64,000 bases of DNA, from NCBI GenBank assembly GCA_003971905.1, contig RSEE01000017.1, forward strand, positions 496,001 through 560,000, written 5' to 3'. Positions within the stretch are counted from its first letter, which is position 1. Every line of letters starts with the position of its first letter. The notes below the pieces were generated by a model. That model saw only the letters and a list, made by a program, of their open reading frames with translations. It was not told the DNA's origin and searched no databases. This document shows positions 25,747 through 37,057 of this stretch, one piece after another. This stretch comes from Moniliella sp. 'wahieum'. Lineage: Eukaryota. The translations under genes were made by a program, and so were the position numbers.

Positions 25747-27876
25747 ATGGCGGCACACCTGAAGTATGAAACGACGCTGTCGTTGTCCGGAAACCAAGTG
25801 GTGGATGTTGCGCCGCGGTGGGGCCCGCCGCAGATCGTGTCCACACCCACCGGTCCTCGAGTGAGCTATGTGCTGGAGCACACAGCCACCACGCTCGTGC
25901 TCCACACTCGCATGCCCGCTGCAGTTCATGCGATGCACATTCCCGGCTTCACCCGAGCCCACTTTACCGACTCCTCCTCCCCCCTCGTCGCACGCCCCGT
26001 GGTGCTTGGCTCGCTCAATTCCCTGCCCACCTGGGCCCAGGCCGAGTCCAAGATCCGCGCGGCCTGGTCGTTTGGCCCCGAATATTCCCTGACATTGTTC
26101 TATGCGTCGCAGGAGATGCACCAGCTGGTATCGAACGAGCTGGAATGGCAACTCTTTCCCAGCAGGGCCTCCCGCCCGTCACGCTTGTCGTGTCACCCCG
26201 GACCGAACCGACGCTGAAGCCCAAGGCGGAGCCCGAGTCGGACGAAGTGGCGGATTCTGCTTATCTAGCCCGCCTTTGTGACTTGAAGGAGGAGGATCCT
26301 ACCTTTGCTTGTATCAATCCCACATCTTCCGCCTCCACACTCTTGCAGTCGTTGCAGCGACCTATCCATTCGGTCTGCCGCGCGACCCCAGAGCGCGCAC
26401 TCGTTTCTCCCCCTCTGGCTCAGACGCAGGGCCCAGCGTTGGCCCCGCTGCTGCGCAAGCTGCCGCAATGCCCCTGTGGTGTTGGGGGACCACGAAAGCC
26501 CAGAGTCCAACGATTCGTCCCTTTCCCCTGTGCCGATCGAGCCGGTGAACCAAGAACCGCGTGAACTCACCGAGAACAATCAAGGCGATGTGGTCAAGGA
26601 CGATACAGCTGAAGACAAGAGGGAGATCAACGCATTGTCTGCTCCAAACGGCGAGGTGCGTACCTCACCTCACAATGGCGCGGACGCCACGATGCCCCCA
26701 CCGATCGGATCCGTGTCCACCCCTGCCCCCGGAGGTGCAGCTACAATCTCCCCGGTGCCACTCTCGAGCGCGCAGCCAGCCTTGGTCCCCGGACCCGGCT
26801 TTGGCAACGGCAGTCCTGCTCCAGCACAGGCCTCTGAAACTGCGACGAGCAAACCGAGCCCCTTTGGCGTTGGGCTTGCTGGGCCGACCCTCAACGTGTT
26901 TGGAGCGCCTACCAGGGTAGGTTATGTGGAACCCGTAGGTACTCAACCGTCTTACTTTGGGTTCAGCCATCCGGGCAAACCTGCCACAGCACAGCCCTCG
27001 GAACCTGTCATAGCACAACCCTCGCAACCCGCGGACAGTAAGCCGTCTTCCTTGGGGTTCGGCCAGTTTGGTAGGCCTGTCCCGGCCCAGCCCTCGGGAT
27101 CCACGGGCGGCAACTCGTCTCTCGTCGGGCTCGGCCAGTCCGGTCAACCTGTTGCAACGCAGTCCTCGCAACCCGGACACAGCAAGTCGTCTTCCTTCAC
27201 GTTCAGCCAGTTTGGTAGGCCTGTCCCGGCCCATCCCTCGGGATCCACGGGCGGCAACTATCATTTCTCGGGCTTTGGTGGGACGGCTACCTCCGAGTCT
27301 GTGAATGCTACACGTTCGCCCGGGCCATCTACAGTAGTGGGTGGATCGTTCCCTACTTCCGCAAGTACCCCCACGCCCTTGACTAGTACCGCCCCTGGCG
27401 TATTTGGGAAGCCGGTCGCTGTTGGGTCTCCGGCGTGGTGGAGTCTCCGGCGGCCCCTGCGGCTCCGTCTCATCTTGCAGCCAAACTGGAGCAGCAGGGC
27501 CCAACCGCACTGGGTAGTCCTGCGACTAATTCGGTCACTACGACGTCTGGAGTGTTTGGCAAGACAACTGGAGCCACAACGGCACCTGCTACCGCACCTG
27601 GTTCAACGTTTTATCTGCTTGGGACGCCTGTTGGCAGTGGCCCCCCCTCGGCCCAAGCGGGTAGTTCGACCAGTCGCGCCCTTTTTCTTTTGGAAAACCT
27701 TAGGTGACTGGGGTCGCGACGGCGCCTACAACGAGCACGGCATTTGGTCCATTCAAATCGGGCTGGTCGATTCTGCAGGCACCCAATCAACTCCCTCAAG
27801 TAGGTTTCTTTCCCTGGTCCCCACGTCACCAACGTTGCGGGGACGTCAACTTTTTTTACCGCTGTATACTCACTGA
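25747..27876 (+). CDS. Hypothetical protein with a Pro/Ser/Gly-rich, FG-containing low-complexity C-terminal half; frameshifted, ends approximate
   Basis: ATG 25747 (MAAHLKYETT) and overlapping long ORFs 25387..26217, 25818..26564 and 26305..27876. Repeated FG/FGQFG motifs. Confidence 0.55.
27004..27259 (+). repeat. In-frame internal duplication, 144-bp period (48 aa)
   Basis: gccagtttggtaggcctgtcccggccca.ccctcgggatccacgggcggcaact occurs at 27062 and 27206. Confidence 0.9.
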
Positions 27877-28478
27877 ACCCCCTCCAAGCTCCATGTCCAT
27901 ATTCATCCGACCCTTTCTAGAGCTCGCTGAAGCTGATGGGGAGCCGACCTTTTTGACTTATGATTTGCATTTACTCCCTGAGACCATTCCAAGTACCCAA
28001 CGTAGGCAGGAAATCACAGCACTATCAACCGTGCTGGCGTTATATTCACTGTTGGGGTGTTAACTTGCTTTTCGATTTTTAGACCGTCTGTCCCAGCAGG
28101 CCTGGGCTTATGCCCATACGGGATAGTGCAAGTAGCAGACCCTAAAGGGAGAACGCCCATGCCATCATCGATAGGTCCAGGGAGGTGGGCTGTGGCCTCC
28201 CAGATGCAGGCTGCGCTCCACCATCGTCTCATTGACACTACAGAGAGAGGATAGGGGATGATGATTTTCCCAGGGCCCCTATTCATTTGGCAGCGCTTTC
28301 GAGGTTCTGGCGGGTGCGGCTGGTCTGCAGTTGTAAATTCCCCCTGTGTTATTAGCGCGGCCGATGGGCGGAAAAGAAAATTCCGCGATGCCTCAGAAGT
28401 TTGGGTTCCGCCTTGGAGCCTTCAGAAGCTAGATCACTGCCTCGCCTCGTCTTCTTAACGCCCCGACATAGCGATCCG

Positions 28479-29471
28479 ATGCGGTTTGTGCGTGCCTTCT
28501 CCTCGTCCGCGAGGGCGAGCACGGCGGTGCGGAGCGCACTGGTCCTGTCGCGTGCGCCCACCCTGATCCGTGAGCCCACCGAGCTGGAGCAAGCCGTGTA
28601 CACGTACAACCAGAAACTCAATCGTCACCTTGCTGTGCCACTCAACAAGGAGTTTTACTTCAAGCCGGGTTCTTCTGCCGAGCTCGCCTACCTCAAGGCC
28701 GAGGCCGAGCGGACCAAAGTGGACTTTGCCACTATTCTCAGTCGCGGTGACTTGGATGCTACCGCGGCCGCCAACGGCGCCGCTGCCCAGAAGGGTTCGG
28801 CCGGCAGCCCTACGGCGGCGAACCCCGTCGAGTCGGTGATGGACACCAGCCCCGAGGGATCCGAGGAGGGCACAGATGGAGCATCGGTTGACTCGTATGC
28901 TCTGATGCCCGCCGTACCGAGGCCGACGAGAAAAATGACCAGACGTCGTTGGACCGTGCGGGCGACCGGACGCTGTACCTGCTGGTCAACTCGGAAGCCA
29001 CAGGCAATTCATGGAGGTTTCCCTCGGACACTGTGGACTTGACCACCAAGACCGAGTCGGTTCCCGACAAGAGCGAGGATGCTGCTGAGGATGCCATGGT
29101 GGATGTGACGCTGGCCACTGATACCCTTCATGCTGCCGCTCCTCGCGCTGTGACCAAGGCTTTGGGCGAAGCTATTGACGTGTGGCTCTTGAACCACTTG
29201 CCTGTGGGCCACACTAGCACCGCCGAGGAAAAGGTACGTTGTTTGCATCTTGGACGAAATGGGGAATTCTAATGTGTCTCTTTTGCTCTAGGTCTACTTT
29301 TTGGCCGGCCACGTGATTGCTGGTAATGCGGACAAGGAGGCTGTGCGCAAGTCGGGGACCAAGTATGCCTGGCTCAAGTGCGAAGAGATTGAGCAGCTCT
29401 TGACAAGGGACGAAGCGAGCGCCGAAGACAAGGGCTACTACGGTGACATTGCCCACCTGCTCAACGAATAA
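28479..29471 (+). CDS. MRPL17: Mitochondrial ribosomal large-subunit protein mL46 (MRPL17-like); intron 29234-29291
   Basis: Presequence MRFVRAFSSSAR, then ALVLSRAP, FYFKPGS, SLDRAGDRTLYLLV, WRFP, DVWLLNHLPVGH, KVYFLAGHVIAG and YAWLKCEEI. Confidence 0.85.
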
Positions 29472-29579
29472 AACTACTCCATTGCCTCATATGCATCATC
29501 GTCGATCGTCGTACAGCTTTCTCCTACATCGACCTACGTCCTGTATGGTACGTAACCAAAAAATGCCACGCGCGTGCAT

Positions 29580-30330
29580 TTGTTCATGGGAGAGATTCCG
29601 TGCACCAGAAGGACGAGGATGCCAGGCTGGCTGAAGATGAGGAAAGAAGTGCGTTTTTAGTTGTCAACCACTTACTATTCTCTACAACACACCCCGCTCG
29701 CCCGAGGTTTGTCTGGCTTTCGTAGCAATCAAGGCAGATCAGAATCTGCCAGTCATCACACTTCTTAAACGGGTAATAGTTCTCACACAGCACTGCGATA
29801 AACACTTGCAGTGACTAGAGAAGAGCTGGTACTGCTGTACTTGTTGAGGTGAACGTTGTCGCGACGTTGACCGTCCTGCGTCGCAATTTCCCCTTGACAC
29901 TTGGCGCGTTCCCACTTGGCATTATGCCACCGGGGGGCGCGACTCCCGCTGGCTGTCTTCTGCACATGTGATTCTCGATCGAAGCTGAGGGTCAATGCAT
30001 ACGTGCCCTCGCCGTCATGCGCGCACTAACTTCGTATCGACATTCGCGCATGCTTTACATCTGGGCCCAACAGGACGTATGCGAGCATCCCCCTCCTCAC
30101 CTCACCGCAGAAATTCGCCCCCTTCACCATAGACTGCCATGCAACTAAAATATCATACACGCGGCAGGTCCTGAAATGCTGCAAGCCACCAGACGTACTA
30201 GAGTTGTCCCCCACAGGGGTAGACATGCAATTTTCTTTGTGCGTAGGGACTGGTGCCGAACCATGTCCCGAGCCTAGAGCGGCCCGCGGGCCAAAAGTCC
30301 GTCGGGCCAGCAAGGACCAACAGATAGGTG
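29580..30330 (-). mobile_element. Possible degenerate hAT-like transposase fragment (BED-finger-like segment)
   Basis: Fragmentary frames read ..STSGGLQHFRTC.. and ..FIAVLCENYYPFKKCDD.., resembling hAT N-terminal motifs. The frames are interrupted by stops. Confidence 0.25.
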
Positions 30331-30459
30331 GTACCTTGACGGGAAGTCGGGGCCTTACGGCCCCTAATGGCATGGAGAAAAGGGAAACGCCAACTGTCAA
30401 ACGCCCCCAAAGGGACGTGAGAAAAGAAGAGCGATGGCGAGAGGATGCAATGCGGCCGA

Positions 30460-31080
30460 TTAACGGTTGCTCTTGGCCACACGCTCGAGCTCATCCTTCT
30501 TCTTAATAGCGTACGAGTTGGACGAACCCTTGGCGGCGTTGATCAGCTCGTCGGCAAGGCACTCCGAAATCGACTTGACGTTGCGGAACGCAGACTCGCG
30601 CGTGCCAATCGTCAAGAGCGAGATGGCCTGGTTAACGCGGCGCAGGGGCGACACGTCAACCGCCTGCCGACGCACGGTACCACCCGACCCAATGCGAGTC
30701 GAGTCCTCACGCGGACCAGTGTTGATGATGGCGTCAACCAGCACCTGGATCGGGTTCTGGTCGGTCAGGAGAGAGATGATCTCAAATGCGTGCGCAACAA
30801 TGCGAACAGCCATAAGCTTCTTGCCGTTGTTGCGGCCGTTCATCATCAGGGCGTCAACCAGACGCTCGACAATCGGCATCGAGGCCTTCTTGAACGCCTT
30901 GGACGCGTACCGACCGGCCGTGTGGGGGACGTAGACAGCGTTGCGGAGCGAGATGTAGTCCTGCAGCGACAAGTCCTTCACCTCAACGTCTTGCACATCG
31001 TACTTGCCAAAGAGCAGCACGGCGCCCTTAGGCGCGGCAACGGCCGCGGCCTCCTTGGGGATAGTTTGCACGGTCGCCAT
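30460..31080 (-). CDS. RPS5: 40S ribosomal protein uS7 (RPS5)
   Basis: Motifs [39 protein letters not shown] and [28 protein letters not shown] at 31080. Confidence 0.99.
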   Translation of the reverse strand: MATVQTIPKEAAAVAAPKGAVLLFGKYDVQDVEVKDLSLQDYISLRNAVYVPHTAGRYASKAFKKASMPIVERLVDALMMNGRNNGKKLMAVRIVAHAFEIISLLTDQNPIQVLVDAIINTGPREDSTRIGSGGTVRRQAVDVSPLRRVNQAISLLTIGTRESAFRNVKSISECLADELINAAKGSSNSYAIKKKDELERVAKSNR

Positions 31081-31090
31081 CTTGAGAATG

Positions 31091-31215
31091 CTACTAAGCC
31101 ATAAAAAAAAGTACCAAGTCAGTTTTTGCCGCTCACAGCACAGGAGGCAGAGGCACCGGCAACAGCATGATGCGCACCACCTAGGCTCGCCGGCGCGCTC
31201 GTCAGGATGACTTAC
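31091..31215 (-). other. Probable 5'-UTR intron of RPS5
   Basis: Donor AG|GTAAGT at 31215, CTGAC branch site near 31120, poly-T tract, and TAG acceptor at 31094 or 31091, just upstream of the ATG. Confidence 0.7.
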
Positions 31216-31480
31216 CTTGCTTGGCAGGACCGTCAAAGGTAGTTGTATCGCGCTTGCGTAGCTCCTTGCGAAGCTAGGCCACGAAGGTGGGAACCGCTGC
31301 AGGAGAACGAAATTCCGCCAAGCCGCAGCGACTGGATCGTAACACTGACGAAGTGCGGCATACTCCTGTATTAATTAGTTAGGGTACAACCCTATTCCAT
31401 CATGGCCTCCGGCGAGGTGTGTTTGCCCTGCTCGAGCCGGAAAGACCACCATACACCCACACCTCCCAAGCCCTCTCAAG

Positions 31481-31751
31481 ATGGAAGCTGTCTCGAAGCA
31501 ACCCGTCAAGCTGGCCAAGGTCACCAAGGTTCTCGGCCGCACTGGCTCGCGTGGTGGCGTGATCCAAGTGCGTGTTGAGTTCATGGACGACTCGACCCGC
31601 TCTATCATCCGCAACGTCAAGGGCCCTGTTAAGGTTGACGACATTCTTGCTCTCCTCGAGTCGGAGCGTGAGGCTCGGTGCGTACCCCGTCCGCAACTTG
31701 TGTTGGATGCGATGTACCTAACTCATTTTGTTTTTTAGCCGTCTGCGCTAA
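31481..31751 (+). CDS. RPS28: 40S ribosomal protein eS28 (RPS28); intron 31678-31738
   Basis: [41 protein letters not shown]...[12 protein letters not shown]. Confidence 0.99.
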
Positions 31752-32117
31752 GTGCCATGTTAACACTCTAGTTTCCCCTAACCCCCTAGTGGGTATGTTG
31801 GATGGACCCTCTCCCCGCCTCGGGGCTGACCCGTCCAACCATGAAACAGGGGGTACACCTCTACAGGTCCCACCGACTCGTTCCAGACCGCACTTGTATA
31901 GTGTGTGCCATCTGCTGTGCTGGCATGCTCAAGCTTGTACCTCTTATGTCCCTCAACCCCTGGGCTCTGCGACGGTTGGACTCCCACCTCCCAAAATTGG
32001 CATGTAATGGCTCTGCCAACACAATTGCTTGCCCTCCTGCTTACATCTGGCTATTGCCACAAACCAAGGTACATAGCATACAAGGCGTGTGCGTTCCTTG
32101 TCAATCATTAACTCGCG

Positions 32118-34387
32118 TCAGAGCAACCCTTGGACGATAGTCAGTTGCTCTTCCGACATGCAAAACAGTGCGCGACATGGCTTGGCCTGAGAGCCACCTT
32201 GAGTTGGAGCAAACTCAACCACATCCAGTAATTGGCCTGCATCTTCATGGCCCAGCGACATCACCCGGCTTTCACCCACACAACCAGGTGCCCGTCCGTG
32301 GTGGGCGGAGCGGTGTACATGAACAATGTTCCCGCCTTGCGTGTACCGCCTAATGGTGAGGGTGGAGGGACACGAAGGCCAATGCGACCGCTCGGGCCTC
32401 GCCTTCGGTAGCACTGGCTGCCGCGCCCGCTGGCGGCCGGGAAGTAAGGGTAGTGTAGAACAATTGGGCATCCGTCTTGCTAGCTAGCACGTAGGCCAGG
32501 CCAGGAAGGTGGCCCACATGCTTTGGGTTGTCCGGACCCATAGCAAACACTGCTCCATCCAGCCCTTGGCTGATAGTCAAACATCTGGGCACGGTATATG
32601 CGTTCTCTGCACCTTGCAAGCGAAAGGAAGTACGGCCAGGAATTGTCAGAGCCAGCATCGTTTCTTCAGGGCTGCCAGAGAGAGAGGGGGGATAGCAGGG
32701 GCAAAGTGGGTCACCTTCGTAACTTGCAAAGAGCGTCCCACCGTCGCATCTTCCTCCTCGAGCGGGTCGTGAAGTAAAGTCGTCTGAGTCGGAACATACC
32801 GGGTGCAAGCATGGGTCCCTCGTCCACCTGGTCTGATGTGTACTTCTCCAGTCCCTCGAGTGCGCGCACTAAATCGGACGGGCTGAGGGTTTCAAGAACA
32901 TCATCAGACAACCTGCCTTGTCGCGTCGGCTGATCGGCAAAGACCTGTGTCCAACGTGTACCTTCTTCTTCTTGGCGATAAAGAGTTTCAAGACACCAAA
33001 TTCGCCTGGCTCCTTCTTTCGATGAAACGATTTCCATTCCCACTTACATTTCGCCGCATCGATGGGAGCCCAGAGCTTTTGGTTGATATATCGGCCTTGT
33101 TGGAGTTCGGTGGCCAGTACGTTCTCCCAAGGAAGCGCGGGGCTTCCCCCCGGTGAAAATTGTACCACTTGTGGACCCACGTCGGCTGACGTACTGATCG
33201 ACAACGACAAGCCTGAGGGTTCGGTAAAATGGATGGAAATGTCCTCCGACTTCAAGCTGAGCGGGAGGGAAAAGGCGACAGTCACCATCTCGGAAGTTTG
33301 AGCCCATGTATAGGCAGGCTGCGATTGGGTTTGCAGAGCACGCACTGTCGTGGGGCCGGCTCCCAGACCCATGTGGGATACTGGAGTATAATGGGAGGAA
33401 GAGTCGAGGTTGGGGCCCTTGTACAGCTGGTATTTGCCAGCCGAGAGGAGGTACCAGGAAATCGGGTCATCGAGCGGACCAGGGATCTCGATCGCTTGGT
33501 AAATTGGGTCGGTGCCGCGAAGAATCCACAGGACCTCGAAATCTTCACCATAGCGGGCGTTGAGGTAGCGCTCGTCGGGAGAGGGCAGGCGCAAACGAAC
33601 CAGAGCAACGTTGAATTCGGTAGCGCGGTCCGCCTGGGCCGATCCTGCAGATTCCTTGCTTGCGGAAAACGTGGACTGGAACAGGATCAGAGCTTGAGTC
33701 CGACGCGAGTCGGCAAAACGGGCAGAGAGGAGAGATCCGACCTTGCCAAACCGGGAGAAGGACGATGGAGTTGGGTATTCTGCTACGGGCGAGCTGAGCC
33801 AGCGCTCATACGTGACCAGGGCATTCGTCTCCGCCTCATGAGCCTTGAGAAGCTTGAGGGTACTGTCTTCAGCACCGTCGTGGACCAGCCAGAGGTGGCC
33901 GCCTAGGCTAGCGGCACTGGGAGCTGGGAGGGGGAGTAGAGAGATGCGATGGATGGGGTGGGTAAGGGGGGTGAGCAGCCCCGTGTCCGGAGCAACCGAG
34001 ATGACCATAAGAACAACAAAGCCCTTGGCATCAATGTAGAGCAGGTGGTCGGCCTCATCGCGGCTGGGGATGAGGAAGCGGTGAAAGAAGCGAGCTTGGA
34101 GCTGCTTGGGGGGCATGGATGCGGCAGCCTGTTCTCGGGGTCCAAGCGCGGGAGGGGGGAGGGAAGGGGCCAGCTGGACTGGGTAATGGTGCCGTTGCGC
34201 AGGACGCGAGCGGTCGGGGTGCGCGGCCAGCAGCGCCATCGCCAGTTACGCCGAGGTGTGCTCGTCGTCACCACGAGGCGGTATGTGTCAAGGCGGGCTG
34301 GTAGAGGGCCGGGTTGCGCTCGAAGGAAAGGTCTGGGGGTGGGGGGACGGGGGGGTCGAGGGGGGCGGGCGAGGCAACGGCAGACAT
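32118..34387 (-). CDS. NudC-domain-containing protein 1 (NudCD1-like; beta-propeller plus CS domain); frameshifted
   Basis: CS-domain start PAYTWAQTSEMVTVAFSLP, then LWAPIDAAKCKWEW, RWTQVF, LVRALEGLEKYTS and HVGHLPGLAYVLASK. Confidence 0.75.
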
Positions 34388-35136
34388 GGCGGCCGACACA
34401 GGGGTGCGGCAGAGGCACGGTATCTAGCCGGGGGGGAGGAGGGGGGGGCAAGCCCAGCGGACGGGGTGGTGGCAGTGGGCAGCAAGGGTGGATGTGGGCG
34501 TGGACGATGCTGAGCAAGGGCGAGAGGGGGCGAGCCGAGGGGCGGTGCGGGGCGACGCAACGCAACGCATCCACCCGTCGAGAGCACAGCCAAGACCGGC
34601 GTGCTGCAGGGAGGCTTGGGGCAGGCAGGGGGCAGGCAGCGCAGGCAGCACGCCGGCCAGGCCAGCTGTGCTCTTTTAGATTAGCCCGCCCCTCGTCTCC
34701 CATGTGGCCAGTGTGGGACGCAGGCGGCCGCTTAACTAAGCAGCACTCCCCCGTGCTCCGTTGCCTCCGCGCAGCCAGCAGCAACCCACACCGCTACGTC
34801 AGCCATTTCAAACCACCTCCTCCCACTCCTCCTCCTCGGTCCTTGCCGCCCATGGCCGCCAGCATTGCGCACACGCACATCAGCACCACCAGCATGGCAC
34901 ACACCAACTTGTAACGACACTGATAGTGTAGGAGCATTGGCTTTCCGCCTCTCACTCTCTTGATCCGGCCGTTCTCATTCCTGCACTCCTCTTGGAAGAT
35001 TGGCTAGCGTCTTGCCTCAGTGACCATGCCCCATTCTCTAGCAACTACCAGTAAAAAACGAATCACGCTCCATGTGGCACACATAGACATTGCGCAGCCA
35101 CTTGCACAGGAGCCAATCACTCGCAGCGCTGCACCC

Positions 35137-36797
35137 TTAGCCGTTGAGGTACTTGGGCTTACCACGGTGGCCGCCCTTGCGTGGCCTCTGGCGAAGGACC
35201 ATAATGTTACCGCCCCGGTCGGTAGGGCGACGAGTACGGCCACCACGGGCCAGGTTGCCCCACCGATCCTTGACTGGTGGTTACCCTTGGATTTACCACG
35301 GCCACCACCGTTCGGGTGGTCACAGTGGTTCATAGCCACACCACGAACCTTAGGACGACGGCCGAGCCAGCGGGCACGACCAGCCTTACCCAGCTTGCGG
35401 TGCTGCCAGTTGGTATTGCTCACACGGCCAATCGTTGCCGCACCATTGACCGGCACCATACGCACTTCACCACTCTGCATCTTAATGACTGCGTGGGTGG
35501 CCGTAGGCTTGTCTGCCATAGCAAGCGCGCTTCCTTACCACCCAAGAGCTTCTCCAGTTGCTTCTCGCGGGGCAAGAGAGCGTTCTCCTCCGCATTACCA
35601 GGCAGCAGCTCGGGACGCGGGATGGCGTACCTTTCTCCGTCAACTCACCCATGAGCGGGCCAGGGCGGGCACCAGTTTTACGGTGCATAAAGCCCACCAG
35701 CTGACCGCAGGAACCAGCAGAACGAATGAGCTTACCCTTACCCTTGGCCGCAATGTCACATTGTGGATCTCGGTACCGATAGGGATGAGCGAGAGGCAAA
35801 CAGTTACCCGGGCGCAACGCCTGCATACGGAACATACCCAGGTCGAGCGGGGCCTTGGCAATCTCCTCTTCAGTGAAACGCGTGTTATCCATCTCGGGGT
35901 TGCGGAAGGTCGACAATCGCGACGGTAAGAGCGAACCGTGTCGCCAGCACGAAGACCATCGGCCGCAACGATGTACGAACGAACCTTGGTCTCCCGGTTC
36001 TCAATCAGTGCAACGTGGGACGAACGACCAGGATCATACTCGATGGTAAGCACGTCCTGAACACCGGGCTCCCAACGGGAAAAGTCCACGAGACGAATAC
36101 GTTGCTTGTGGCCACCACCAATACCACGCGTGGCGATCCGCCCATTTTCTGAACGACCACCCGACTTGCGCAGCGCAACCGTCAGGCCATATTCGGGCTC
36201 ACCGCGGTAGAGGTATGGGTTGTACAGCAGACGGGTGTGGCGAATACCAGGGGTGATGGGCTTGAAAGTCTTGAAAGCACCATCGACACGAACGTAGGGT
36301 GTTTGGATCCGGGTCTTGAGCCCCAGACGAGAGGCCAGTTGGGCTTCTTTCTTGGCTTCCTTAACAGCACGCATCATCCTCTTGCGCTCCAGACGACGCA
36401 CGCGTCTAGGCACCAGAGCTCGACCCGGGAGCGGGAATTTGTGACCAAAGTTGTATGTGCCCGACTCGCGGCTCGAGGGCCAAATTTTGTTGTCGGCAAG
36501 ACCGACAAGAGTCTTGTTAGGCTTTCCAACACGGTGGGAACCGTCGGCCAGAACACGAGAACGCAACGGAATGAAGCACTTGAAGCGCGCCTCAACCAGA
36601 GCATGGTTGCGCATGACGGGCGGATCGGGAAGCTGGCCCCAGGGCTGGTAGGCCTCATGGATCTCAAGCCGCCCGCCGTCGTCGGTGCGATCACTGACGG
36701 GAACTGGCGCGAGTGAGGCAAGCCCGCGACGAGCATGGGCCACACTGGCGCTCAGGGTCGGCACGCGGCCGACAACCGGGCGCACCAGACAACGCAT
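35137..36797 (-). CDS. RML2: Mitochondrial ribosomal protein uL2m (Rml2); frameshifted
   Basis: Motifs [56 protein letters not shown] and [37 protein letters not shown]. Confidence 0.96.
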
Positions 36798-37057
36798 GGT
36801 GGGCGGCGGTGCGAACAGGAAGACCAGCCGGTGGGTCGAGAAGGTTGCGCGCAGCCCGGCGGAATGAGGGAGAAGCGGAATTGGTCGAGCGGAATGGGGC
36901 GCTCTGGTTGGGCGTCTGGAAAGTGGGTGCTGCTGCCTTTTTTTTGCTGTGGCGGTTCCAATTTGGAAGACGGCAGAGACAGCGCCAGATCCACCTGGCT
37001 ACCCACTGCCTGCCCACCGATTGCCTACCCAGCCGCCACCCACGCCCAGCCCTGACC

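Noticed and set aside
30445..31104. Long antisense or alternate-frame ORFs (also 35020..35928, 33949..34914, 50847..51662)
   Set aside because: They are shadows of codon-biased, GC-rich real genes on the other strand.
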